From: Candidatus Limnocylindrales bacterium | Lineage (GTDB): Bacteria > Chloroflexota > Limnocylindria > Limnocylindrales > CSP1-4 | Assembly (NCBI GenBank): GCA_036002405.1 | Contig: DASYTK010000006.1 | Coordinates: forward strand, 2,013 to 66,012 | DNA length: 64,000 nt | Direction of reading: 5' to 3' | In this document: positions 51,933 to 60,817 of the stretch, piece by piece | How positions within the stretch are numbered: the first letter of the stretch is position 1 | Layout of the letters: every line of letters starts with the position of its first letter | Program-made: the position numbers and the translations under genes | Notes under the pieces: model-generated | What the model was told of the DNA's origin: nothing | Database searches by the model: none | Seen by the model: the letters and a program-made list of their open reading frames with translations, nothing else

Positions 51933-54900
51933 TCAGGCGGCGCTCGCGGGGCAGATGTCACGGAACGGGCAGTAGGAGCAGGCGACCTGGTCGGGCCGCG
52001 GCTCGAACGCTCCCTGGCGGATGCCATCGGCCGCGGCGCGCACCTTTCGGCGCGCATCCTCGAGTCGGCTCGGCTCGAGGGGCACCTGGGCGACCAGGCC
52101 GGAGTCGAGGAAGTGCAGCCGGACAGCGGCCGGGGGCTCTCCCGCGAGCGCCTCCTGGGCGAGCGCGTAGATCGAAAGCTGGAGCGACTGCCGCGCCCGC
52201 TGCCTCGCCTTCTGTGGGTCGCGCACGTCACTCGACTTGAAATCCGTGACGACGATGCCCTCCGGCTCGCGGTCGAGGCGGTCGAAGCGGCCGCGGACAC
52301 GATCCCCTCCCAGCTCGACCGCGAACGGCTCCTCCACCGCGAGCGGTGCCGGTCGCTCGACAGCGCAATGCTCGGCGTGATAGCGGCGCAGCGCTGCCTC
52401 ACCGGCCGCGAACCGGGCGTCCTCGTGCTCACGCGACAGGAAGCCCTCGCTGGACCAGTGGAGTCGGTAGACCTCGACGAGCTCGTCTGCGCTCATCGGG
52501 CGACCCTTCATCCGACGGAGCCCCTCGGCCGCGACAGCCTGGTGGAGCGCGCCGCCGTAGGAAAGCGCGTGGTGGGCGGGGACCGGGACACCCACGACGT
52601 GCCGCAGCCGGTAACGCAGCGGGCAGGTGAGGTAGTCGTCAACCTGGCTGAAGCTCAACTCGAGGCGCCCGCCCGCCGGCGGGCGGGCGGGCAGCGGGAC
52701 GGGGCCGGGATCGGGCTGTCCCTCCAGAAGGGCCAGCGCATCCGCCTGCGGCTTGACGGGGACCGCGGGTCGGTCGAGCGCCTCCGAGATGAACGGTGAG
52801 GGGCGCCGACGCCGGCCGATCGCAGACGCGGCGGCGTGAGTCAGTATCAGCTCGTCGCGGGCACGCGTCATCGCCACGTAGCAGAGCCTCCGCTCCTCGG
52901 CGTCCGTGGCCTCGTCCGCGAACGCCTCCGTCCGGCGATCGCGGCACAGCTCCTCGGGGAGGGCAAGCGGATCTCTGCGGCCCCGCCGCGGGAAGCGCCC
53001 CTCGGCGAGCCCGGCCAGGAAGACCGTACCGAACTCGAGGCCCTTGGCCTTGTGGATCGTGAGCACGGCCACGGCGTCGGAATCGTCGGCGTCCTCGTCG
53101 GCGGCGTCCTCACCGGCCTCGAGGAGCATCGCCAGGTGCGGGGCGAGGAAGGGCACACGGTCGTCCTCGAGCAGGCGCGAGCGCGTCCGGACGAGCTCGA
53201 AGAACCGGGCGACGTTCCGCATCGCCGTCTCGCTCCGGGGATCTGTCGCCGCCGTGAGCCGAGCCAGGCGGCCGCTTCGCTTCAGATGGTCGTAGAGGAC
53301 TTCGCCGGCCGGGCGGCAGTGAGCGAGCTCACTCGCCGCCGCGAGATCGTCACGCAGGCGCTCGAGGCCACGTCGGGTCGAGGACTCGAGGCGGATGAGG
53401 CCCGGCTGATCGAGGGCTTCCCGACAGGCCCACCAGAGCGAGCGGTGCCGCCGGCGGGCAAGCCCGAGGAGGGCGGTGAGGTCGGCCCCACCGAGCCGGT
53501 ACGGTTCGCCCGTCGCGACGGCGTACAGGTCGACCGTCGAATCGAGGTCTGCCACGACGCGCAGGAAGCAGAGCAGTTCGCGGACTTCCGGCCGGGCATC
53601 GAGTCCCGACGCTCCGCTGAAGCGCCAGGAGATGCCGCGCAGGTTCAGGCTGCGCAGGAAGGGCTCTGCGTCGGCGTTCGTCCGGACGAGGATCGCGATC
53701 TCTGTGGCCGCTTGCCCGCGTCGGAGCCGCTCCTCCGCCGCGGCGGCGATCCAGTCCGCTTCCTCGGCGATGCTCGCGAAGGCGCGATGCTCGACAGGTT
53801 TGGGACGGCGCGCCCTCCGGGCGGGCCGGGGACGCTTGTCGAGACCGGCGCGAGCCTCGAGACGGCAGGGATCGTTGTGCCGGATCAGCCGGTAGGCGGC
53901 CTCCAGGATCGGCCGCCGCGAGCGGTGGTTCCGGCGGAGGACTACGGTTCGCGCCCCCCGGAACCGCTCGGCAAACCCGAGCAGGTTGCTCAGCGCCGCA
54001 CCCCGGAAGGTGTAGATCGACTGGTCGTCGTCGCCGACGACGGTGATGTTCCGGTGGCCGCCGGCGACCATCTCGACGAGCTCGAGCTGCGCTGCGTTCG
54101 TGTCCTGGAACTCGTCGACGAGCACGTAGCGATAGCGGCCCCCGATCTCCGCTCGCACGGAGGGCTGCTCGCGCAGGAGCCGGAGCGCGAGTGAGACCTG
54201 GTCGCCGAAATCGATCAACCCGGCCCGAGCGAGAAGCTCCTGGTAGCGGACATAGGCGAGTGCCAGCTCCGTCTGGCGCGCAGACAGGTCGGCGAGCGCG
54301 TCAGCCCGCTCGTCTGCGCGGTCGCCTGCGCTCGCTCTGGCCGCCGCCAGGGACGACTCGAGCCGTGTCGCGTGGGCGAGGTAGTCGTCGACGGCGACGG
54401 CCTCGTCCTTCGCCCGGCTGAAGAGGCCTGCGAGGGCACCCAGGAAGTGCGTCGGATCCCCGAGTGGCCGGTATCGCTCGAGTCCCAGCTCGAATAGATG
54501 CTCACGGAGGAAGACGATCACGTCGGCCCGCGTCAGCACCCGGGGATCCGCGGGCAGGCCGAGCTCGAAGGCGAACTCGCGGACGAGCCGGTCACCAAAG
54601 GCATGGAACGTGCTGACGGCGATGTCGGCGTAGCCGTACGGCACGAGCACGTCGACACGCTCCTGCATCTCCTCGGCGGCTCCGTCGGTGAACGTCAAGG
54701 CGAGGATCTCGGAGGGGCGCGCGCGCTTCGTCGCGATCAGCCAGGCGATGCGGTGGGTGACGACTCGGGTCTTGCCGGTGCCCGGCCCGGCCACGACCAG
54801 GAGCGGGCCGTCGCCGTGCGTGACCGCCCGCTTCTGGTCTCGATCGAGACCGGCCAGAAGGGCGGCGACCCCCTCCAGGCGGACGGGTGCCCCGTCGGCG

Positions 54901-54974
54901 ACCGTTCCGCGGGACCGGGAGGCCCGCGTCTCGCGCGCGGGTCGAAGCGTGGGCGCGGGAGGGGGCTCGATCAC
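51933..54974 (-). CDS. UvrD/PcrA-type SF1 helicase fused to a C-terminal PD-(D/E)XK (Cas4/AddB-like, Cys4 Fe-S) nuclease
   Basis: 1013 aa. Helicase: GPGTGKT, VLVDEFQDTN, TIHKAKGLEF, YVAMTRAR. Nuclease: YLTCPLRYRL, VTDFKSS, QLSIYAL, CSYCPFRDIC (C...CxxCx5C). Confidence 0.85.
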   Translation of the reverse strand: MIEPPPAPTLRPARETRASRSRGTVADGAPVRLEGVAALLAGLDRDQKRAVTHGDGPLLVVAGPGTGKTRVVTHRIAWLIATKRARPSEILALTFTDGAAEEMQERVDVLVPYGYADIAVSTFHAFGDRLVREFAFELGLPADPRVLTRADVIVFLREHLFELGLERYRPLGDPTHFLGALAGLFSRAKDEAVAVDDYLAHATRLESSLAAARASAGDRADERADALADLSARQTELALAYVRYQELLARAGLIDFGDQVSLALRLLREQPSVRAEIGGRYRYVLVDEFQDTNAAQLELVEMVAGGHRNITVVGDDDQSIYTFRGAALSNLLGFAERFRGARTVVLRRNHRSRRPILEAAYRLIRHNDPCRLEARAGLDKRPRPARRARRPKPVEHRAFASIAEEADWIAAAAEERLRRGQAATEIAILVRTNADAEPFLRSLNLRGISWRFSGASGLDARPEVRELLCFLRVVADLDSTVDLYAVATGEPYRLGGADLTALLGLARRRHRSLWWACREALDQPGLIRLESSTRRGLERLRDDLAAASELAHCRPAGEVLYDHLKRSGRLARLTAATDPRSETAMRNVARFFELVRTRSRLLEDDRVPFLAPHLAMLLEAGEDAADEDADDSDAVAVLTIHKAKGLEFGTVFLAGLAEGRFPRRGRRDPLALPEELCRDRRTEAFADEATDAEERRLCYVAMTRARDELILTHAAASAIGRRRRPSPFISEALDRPAVPVKPQADALALLEGQPDPGPVPLPARPPAGGRLELSFSQVDDYLTCPLRYRLRHVVGVPVPAHHALSYGGALHQAVAAEGLRRMKGRPMSADELVEVYRLHWSSEGFLSREHEDARFAAGEAALRRYHAEHCAVERPAPLAVEEPFAVELGGDRVRGRFDRLDREPEGIVVTDFKSSDVRDPQKARQRARQSLQLSIYALAQEALAGEPPAAVRLHFLDSGLVAQVPLEPSRLEDARRKVRAAADGIRQGAFEPRPDQVACSYCPFRDICPASAA

Positions 54975-55004
54975 GGGGCGCAGCCTGCGCCCCGTGGATG
55001 CCAG

Positions 55005-55508
55005 CTAGGCTGTCACTCCTGCCCGACCGCCGGAACGGGCGAGTCGGAGGGCCTCGGCCTCTTCGTCGGAGAGCGGCGCTTCCGAGCGGCCACTCGCGAT
55101 CGGCTTGGCGTAGATCCTCGTGTTCGAGCGCGAATGGAGGCTCGAGATGACGAGTCCATCCTCATCGCCATCGAGGAGCGCGAGGGCGAAGCTCTGGTTC
55201 GAGCCCGTGTCCTCGAAGGGGTTGTAGCGGACGAGCCCGACCCGCTGGACCGCGCGCCGACCGACGATCTCGAGCGCCGCCGTGCGGTCCTCGATCCGGT
55301 GGAGCTGGCCGGCGACCTCATAGACGCGTCGCATGTCGAGCGGCTCGGCGCCGGCCGATCCAGAGTCGAACGAGATCCCGAGTCCACCGGTCGAGCGGAC
55401 GCGACGTAGAAGAGCGAGGCTGGCGATCAGATCGAGCAGGAGCAGGACGGCAAGGACCGCCAGGACGATGGGCAGGTTGGCCTGGAGGAAGGCGGCGAGG
55501 TCGGTCAT
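55005..55508 (-). CDS. DUF4446-family protein
   Basis: ORF 55005..55553 trimmed to ATG 55508. N-terminal TM. VRYNPFEDTGSNQSFALALLDGDEDGLVISSLHSRSNTRIYAKP matches my recollection of DUF4446. Confidence 0.6.
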   Translation of the reverse strand: MTDLAAFLQANLPIVLAVLAVLLLLDLIASLALLRRVRSTGGLGISFDSGSAGAEPLDMRRVYEVAGQLHRIEDRTAALEIVGRRAVQRVGLVRYNPFEDTGSNQSFALALLDGDEDGLVISSLHSRSNTRIYAKPIASGRSEAPLSDEEAEALRLARSGGRAGVTA

Positions 55509-55661
55509 CGGCAGGGGCCTCCTCGACTCGCGGTGAGAATGCGATTCTCGCATGCCTCGTCACCCGACCCGCCGGCACCGGTCCCAAGCGTTGCGCACGC
55601 CCGCGCGCGGGAGAGCCGGTGCTATCCTCCGCGCCGATCCGATGACCGATTCCGAGCGATC

Positions 55662-56042
55662 GTGAGCAAACGCACGCGCGGCTCGCGCCGTGCCTCTCGC
55701 CGGCAGAACCGCCGCCCCGGCGCGCGGCCCGCGGCGCGAGCACCGGAGGCGCGTCGGGCATACGAGCCCGTCAGTCAGCTCGATGCCGCCCCGCTCATCG
55801 CCCAGGATCTCGTCGAAGGCGAGCCCGAGCAGGCGGCCGAGAAGCTTGCCGCGGTCGCCGACTCGAGCGCCCCGCGCCGGCGGACACGGGCCACCAGCCT
55901 CCTCGCCGCGAAGGCAGCGGAAGAGTACGTCTACGTCGTGGAAGACATCCGGCGCATCAGCATCGTGGCCGGCGGGCTCCTGGCGCTCCTGCTCGTCCTC
56001 TGGCTCTTGATCGTCGCGCTGAGGATCGTTCCGGTCACCTGA
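55662..56042 (+). CDS. Hypothetical protein: Arg-rich N-terminus, C-terminal TM anchor
   Basis: Within ORF 55533..56042; GTG 55662 chosen. C-terminal EEYVYVVEDIRRISIVAGGLLALLLVLWLLIVAL. The start and even the reality of the gene are uncertain. Confidence 0.4.
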   Translation: MSKRTRGSRRASRRQNRRPGARPAARAPEARRAYEPVSQLDAAPLIAQDLVEGEPEQAAEKLAAVADSSAPRRRTRATSLLAAKAAEEYVYVVEDIRRISIVAGGLLALLLVLWLLIVALRIVPVT

Positions 56043-56057
56043 CCGCGATCGGGAAAT

Positions 56058-57563
56058 TCAGCCGGCCTCCGAGCGCTGTCGCTGAGCCCGATCGCGGAGC
56101 GCCGTCTCCCGGCTGCGCATGACGTCGCCCGCGATCCGCATCGTGTCGGCCTTCCTGGCTCTCGGGCGGCCCGCGGGCGCGGCCGAGCGATCACCGCCGC
56201 CGCCCTCGCGGCTCGCGCGGAGCCGCGCCAGCCGATCTCCGATCCGACTCTCGATCCCCTCGGCCGAGGGCTCGTAATACCGTTGACCCACGAGGGCGTC
56301 CGGCAGGTACTGCTGGTCGACGTCGGCGCCGGGGACGTCGTGCGGGTTGCGATAGCCGCGGCCCGTCCCGAAGTCGCGCCGCTCCCGCCAGTGAGCGCTG
56401 CGGAGATGGGATGGGACCGGGAGCGAGCCGCGCTCCTGGACGTCGGCCATCGCCGACCAGTACGCCTGTCCGGCGCGGTTCGACTTCGGCGCGCTGGCGA
56501 GGTAGGCAGTCGCTTGCGCGAGGGCGTACTGCGCCTCCGGAAGGCCGACCCACTCGAGCGCATGGGCCGCTGCGACGGCGACCTGGAGGCCGTGCGGGTC
56601 GGCGTTCCCGACATCCTCGCTGGCGCTGATGATCAGCCGACGTGCGATGAAGCGCGGGTCCTCGCCGGCCGCGACCATCGTCGCAAGCCAGTAGAGCGCC
56701 GCGTCCGGGTCGTTGCCACGGACACTCTTGATGAACGCGCTCACCGTGTCGTAGTGACCGTCGCCGGCCCGGTCGTAAGACAGGATCCGCTGCTGGGCCG
56801 CGGCCTCGATCTGCTCCAGCGTCGGGGACAGCACGGCGTCAGCCGATGCCTCGCGGCCCTCGTCGAACTCGACGATCGCGACGGCGTTCTCGAGGACGTT
56901 CAGAGCGGCCCGGGCGTCGCCGCCGCTGAGGGAGACGAGATGCTCGAGCGCCTCCCCATCGAGCGCGACGCGGCCGCCGAGTCCGCGCTCGTCCTCGAGC
57001 ACGGCACGGACGATCCGCTCGACCTGGTCGTCGGTGAGCGGCTCGAGTCGGAAGACCCGTAACCGGCTGAGGAGCGCCGAGTTGACCTCGAAGTACGGGT
57101 TCTCTGTGGTGGCGCCGATGAGCGTGATCGTCCCGTCCTCGACCTGGGGCAGCAGGGCGTCCTGCTGGGCCTTGTTGAAGCGATGGATCTCGTCGATGAA
57201 CAGGACGAGCGGTCGTCCCCCGCGATCGAGCCACTCGCGCGCCTCGCCGATGATCCGGCGGATGTCGGCCACGCCGGCCATCACCGCGCTGATCGTCTCG
57301 TAGCGCGCGGCCACCGCGTCGGCCAGGAGCCGGGCCAGCGTCGTCTTGCCCGAGCCGGGCGGGCCCCAGAGGACCATCGCCGGGAGGTGGCCCCGCTCGA
57401 CCCCGCGGCGCAGCGCGCCATGCTCCCCGACGAGGTGCTCCTGGCCGACGAACTCGTCGAGGGTCCGGGGACGGACCCGCGCCGCGAGTGGCGCGTGCGA
57501 CGCCGAAGCGGCCGGCAGGTCCAGCGATTGCGGTCGGGCCTCGGTCGATCGGCGGGCTGGCAT
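56058..57563 (-). CDS. rarA: Replication-associated recombination protein A (RarA/MgsA AAA+ ATPase)
   Basis: 501 aa. Motifs: LAARVRPRTLDEFVGQEHL, GPPGSGKTTLA, LFIDEIHRFNK, GATTENPYFEV. C-terminal MgsA_C motifs: LYWLATM, PEAQYALAQA. Confidence 0.9.
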   Translation of the reverse strand: MPARRSTEARPQSLDLPAASASHAPLAARVRPRTLDEFVGQEHLVGEHGALRRGVERGHLPAMVLWGPPGSGKTTLARLLADAVAARYETISAVMAGVADIRRIIGEAREWLDRGGRPLVLFIDEIHRFNKAQQDALLPQVEDGTITLIGATTENPYFEVNSALLSRLRVFRLEPLTDDQVERIVRAVLEDERGLGGRVALDGEALEHLVSLSGGDARAALNVLENAVAIVEFDEGREASADAVLSPTLEQIEAAAQQRILSYDRAGDGHYDTVSAFIKSVRGNDPDAALYWLATMVAAGEDPRFIARRLIISASEDVGNADPHGLQVAVAAAHALEWVGLPEAQYALAQATAYLASAPKSNRAGQAYWSAMADVQERGSLPVPSHLRSAHWRERRDFGTGRGYRNPHDVPGADVDQQYLPDALVGQRYYEPSAEGIESRIGDRLARLRASREGGGGDRSAAPAGRPRARKADTMRIAGDVMRSRETALRDRAQRQRSEAG

Positions 57564-57686
57564 TGAGCCAGTCTAGTCGGGCTGCGCGTTCGGCCGAGGA
57601 AAGCAGCTCGGTCGGATCGTGGCTCAAGCCTCCTGGTTCCTCGTACTGCCCGGCGAGCCTGGCAGAAGGGTCGTCGGCCGCGGCGC

Positions 57687-57883
57687 CTCGCCGACGGAGT
57701 GCGAGGACTGGCTCAGGTCGGGCCGAAACGCTGCCGCCTGCCGATGGAGTGCGACTTAGGCACCGTTTTGACCTTCCCAAAGGCCTCTTCGGCGCTCGTC
57801 AGGGCTCTTCCCACGCACGAGCTGGGCCTCAGCCGACGTCCCGCAACGGCTCGACCGTCCTGACCTCGCACCTCATCGGCCGG
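57687..57883 (-). repeat. Copy C of the ~196-nt intergenic element (inverted relative to copies A and B)
   Basis: ctcgccgacggagtgcgag at 57687..57705 and gccgatggagtgcga at 57740..57754 (50-nt offset), with the opposing end ctcgcacctcatcggccgg at 57865..57883. The reverse complement aligns with copy A along its whole length (for example aaacgg..gtcgcactccatcggc.ggcgg.agcgtttcgg). Confidence 0.8.
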
Positions 57884-58054
57884 CGGCAAATCCTGGGATA
57901 GCGAGCGAGATCACCACGCTCGACGTTCCGAGCCTCCCCCGGCGTCGTCAAACCGGGGGGTCAGTTGTGTGCGTCCCGCGCACGTCAGGCCGGTCGGCGC
58001 CATGGCGCGCTACCATCGACCCGCCCACCGCCACCGTCCCTGGCAGCATGGAGC

Positions 58055-59242
58055 ATGCCTTCCGTGAGCCCGACGACCCACCTGCGCGTCCCCGGCCCCA
58101 CCCCCCTGCCCGACGCCGTGCGCGAGGCGGGCGGCCGCCAGATGATCAACCACCGCGGACCGGAGTTCCGGGCCCTGCTCGAGCGTCTCGTGGCCGGGCT
58201 CAAGCGCGGCTTCCGGACCGACAACGATGTCCTCATCCTGACCGCCTCGGGGACCGGCGGGCTCGAGGCGGCGATCGTCAACCACCTGTCGATCGGGGAG
58301 CCGGTCCTGGCAGTGTCGATCGGGGCCTTCGGGGATCGATTCGCGAAGATCGCGACGCGGTACGGCGCCGACGTGACGACGCTCGCCGTCGACTGGGGTC
58401 GGGCGGCCGAGCCGGACGCTGTCGTCGAAGCGCTGCGCGAAATGGCCTCGGCCGGTCGACCCGCCGCGGCCGTCCTCCTGACCCACAACGAGACCTCGAC
58501 CGGAGTCACGAACCCGCTGCCCGACCTCGCCGACGCGGTCCGCCGTGACGCGCCTGGCGCGCTCCTCATCGTGGACGGTATCAGCGGCCTGGGAGCCGTT
58601 CCCTTCGAGACCGACGCCTGGGGCCTCGACGTCGTGGTCACCGGATCACAGAAGAGCTGGATGGTGCCCCCGGGCCTGGCGATGATCAGCGTCTCGGCAC
58701 GTGCCTGGGCGGCCGCCGAGCGTGCCACGATGCCTCGCTTCTACTTCGACCTGGCCGCACACAGGCAGGGTCTCGAGAAGGGCGAGACACCGTGGACGCC
58801 GGCGGTCGGCGTCTGCTTCGCACTCGACGTGGCGCTCGAGCTGATCGAGGCCGAGGGCTACGAGCACATCTTCGCCCGCCATGCCGCCTGCGGCGCAGGC
58901 TGTCGGGCCGGCCTGGCGGCGCTCGGCTTCGCCCTGTTCGCCGACCCGGCGCACGCCTCGGACACCGTTACCGCCGCCCGGATGCCGGAGGGCCTGGACT
59001 GGAGCGTCTTCAACCGGGCCCTGCGCGAGCGCGGGCTCGTCCTCGCCGGTGGCCAGGGCAAGCTGAGCGGCCAGATCTTCCGCGTCGGCCACCTCGGGGC
59101 CGTCGCGGTCGACGACATCCGCGCCGCGCTCGGCATCATCGAGGACGCTGCACTCGAGCTCGGCCTGCCGGTCGAGCGTGGGGTGGCCATCCGCGAGGCG
59201 GATCGGGCGGCCACCGAGGCCGGGGCGGCGCTGCCGGTCTAG
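58055..59242 (+). CDS. Class V pyridoxal-phosphate aminotransferase (serine-glyoxylate / phosphoserine aminotransferase type)
   Basis: ORF 57965..59242; ATG 58055. Motifs: PGPTPLPDAV, HNETSTGV, VVTGSQKSWMVPPGL (PLP Lys), FRVGHLG. Directly upstream of serA. Confidence 0.85.
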   Translation: MPSVSPTTHLRVPGPTPLPDAVREAGGRQMINHRGPEFRALLERLVAGLKRGFRTDNDVLILTASGTGGLEAAIVNHLSIGEPVLAVSIGAFGDRFAKIATRYGADVTTLAVDWGRAAEPDAVVEALREMASAGRPAAAVLLTHNETSTGVTNPLPDLADAVRRDAPGALLIVDGISGLGAVPFETDAWGLDVVVTGSQKSWMVPPGLAMISVSARAWAAAERATMPRFYFDLAAHRQGLEKGETPWTPAVGVCFALDVALELIEAEGYEHIFARHAACGAGCRAGLAALGFALFADPAHASDTVTAARMPEGLDWSVFNRALRERGLVLAGGQGKLSGQIFRVGHLGAVAVDDIRAALGIIEDAALELGLPVERGVAIREADRAATEAGAALPV

Positions 59243-59251
59243 CGGGTCGGC

Positions 59252-60817
59252 GTGCGGATCCTCGTCGCGGAGGGGCTCGCGCCGGAGGGCGTCGCGCTCC
59301 TCCGTGAGCGCCACGAGGTCGACGAGCGGCCCGGTCTGGCTCGCGAGGCCTTCCTCGAAGCACTGCCCGAGTACGACGCCCTCGTCGTGCGAAGCCAGGT
59401 GCAGGTCGACGCCGAGGCGATCGCCGCGGGGTCGCGGCTCGTCGTCATCGGGCGTGCCGGCGTGGGCGTGGACAACGTCGACCTGGACGCCGCGACACGG
59501 GCCGGGATCACGGTCGTCAACGCGCCGACCGGCAACACGATCGCCGCCGCCGAGCACACGCTCGCCCTCCTCTATGCCGTGGCCCGACGGATCCCCGGCG
59601 CGGATTCCTCGGTTCGCAAGGGAGAGTGGAAGCGGAGCGCCTTCACCGGCGTGGAGCTCCGGGGCCGCACGCTCGGCATCGTCGGGTTGGGCAAGATCGG
59701 CATGGCCATCGCCGAGCGAGCAAGGGCGATGGAGATGGAGCTCGTCGCGCACGACCCGTATGTCAGCGAGGACGTCGCCGCCACGCACGGCGCCGAGCTC
59801 GTCGACCTGCCGACGCTCCTGCGGCGGAGCGACGTCGTCAGCCTGCACGTTCCGCTCACACGCGGCACGCGCAACCTGATCGGCGCCCGCGAGCTCGCCG
59901 CGATGAAGCCAGGCGCGATCCTCCTGAACGTCTCGCGCGGCGGGATCGTCGACGAGACGGCCCTTGCCGAGGCGCTCGCCGGCGGGCGGCTGGGCGGTGC
60001 CGGGATCGACGTCTTCGCCGCCGAGCCCCCGCGGGAGTCGCCCCTCCTCGACGCGCCGAACGCGGTGCTCACCCCCCACCTGGGGGCCTCGACCGCCGAG
60101 GCGCAGGTCAGGGTCGCCGTGGAAGCCTGTCAGCAGGTCGTCGACGTTCTCGAGGGCCGACCCGCGCGGTACGCGGTCAATGCCCCGCTCCTGCCCCCGG
60201 AGCACGCCCAGATCCTCGTGCCATACCTCGCCCTGGCCCAGACGATCGGCCAGTTCTACGCCCAGTTCGCCCGCGGCGTGGCGGGCGAGCTCACGCTCGA
60301 GATCGCCGGCGAGCTCGGGGGTCACGACGGGGCGCCGCTCGCGGCGGCCGCCCTCCGCGGCCTTCTCGAGACCGTCACCGAGGAGCGAGTCAACCTTGTC
60401 AACGCGGGGCACATCGCGCGGAGCCGCGGGATCACGCTCGTCGAGCGCCGGACGCCCGACGCCGGCCGCTACGCCTCGCTCCTGACCCTGAGCGGGCTCA
60501 CGACGGTCGGTGGCACGGTCGCAAGTGGCGAGCCGAGGCTCGTGCGACTCGGGGACTACTGGCTGGATATGGCACCCGCCGCGGTGATGCTCGTGACGCG
60601 CCACCAGGATCGCCCGGGCACGATGGGCCGGATCGGGCTGATGCTCGGGCAGGCGGACGTGAACATCAGCGCGATGCACCTCGCCCGGACGAGCCCGCGC
60701 GAGGACGCATTCATGATCCTGGCCCTCGACGACCCCGTCCCCGACCCCGTCGCGGACCGGATCCGCAACGACGAGGCGGTCCTCGACCTCTGGCTGATCC
60801 GCCTCGGGACGGCGTGA
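59252..60817 (+). CDS. serA: D-3-phosphoglycerate dehydrogenase (long form with ASB and ACT domains)
   Basis: 521 aa, GTG start. Motifs: GIVGLGKIGMAIA, LLNVSRGGIVDE, TPHLGAST. C-terminal ACT domain RPGTMGRIGLMLGQADVNI. Confidence 0.9.
   Translation: MRILVAEGLAPEGVALLRERHEVDERPGLAREAFLEALPEYDALVVRSQVQVDAEAIAAGSRLVVIGRAGVGVDNVDLDAATRAGITVVNAPTGNTIAAAEHTLALLYAVARRIPGADSSVRKGEWKRSAFTGVELRGRTLGIVGLGKIGMAIAERARAMEMELVAHDPYVSEDVAATHGAELVDLPTLLRRSDVVSLHVPLTRGTRNLIGARELAAMKPGAILLNVSRGGIVDETALAEALAGGRLGGAGIDVFAAEPPRESPLLDAPNAVLTPHLGASTAEAQVRVAVEACQQVVDVLEGRPARYAVNAPLLPPEHAQILVPYLALAQTIGQFYAQFARGVAGELTLEIAGELGGHDGAPLAAAALRGLLETVTEERVNLVNAGHIARSRGITLVERRTPDAGRYASLLTLSGLTTVGGTVASGEPRLVRLGDYWLDMAPAAVMLVTRHQDRPGTMGRIGLMLGQADVNISAMHLARTSPREDAFMILALDDPVPDPVADRIRNDEAVLDLWLIRLGTA

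Noticed and set aside
57564-57626. Long-range 7-bp pairing TGAGCCA...TGGCTCA with an internal CCGAG/CTCGG hairpin in the rarA leader, and an AGGAGG about 57 nt upstream of the rarA ATG.
   Set aside because: The stems are short enough to arise by chance in GC-rich sequence. The TTG following the AGGAGG is out of frame with rarA and opens only a junk ORF (56839..57780).
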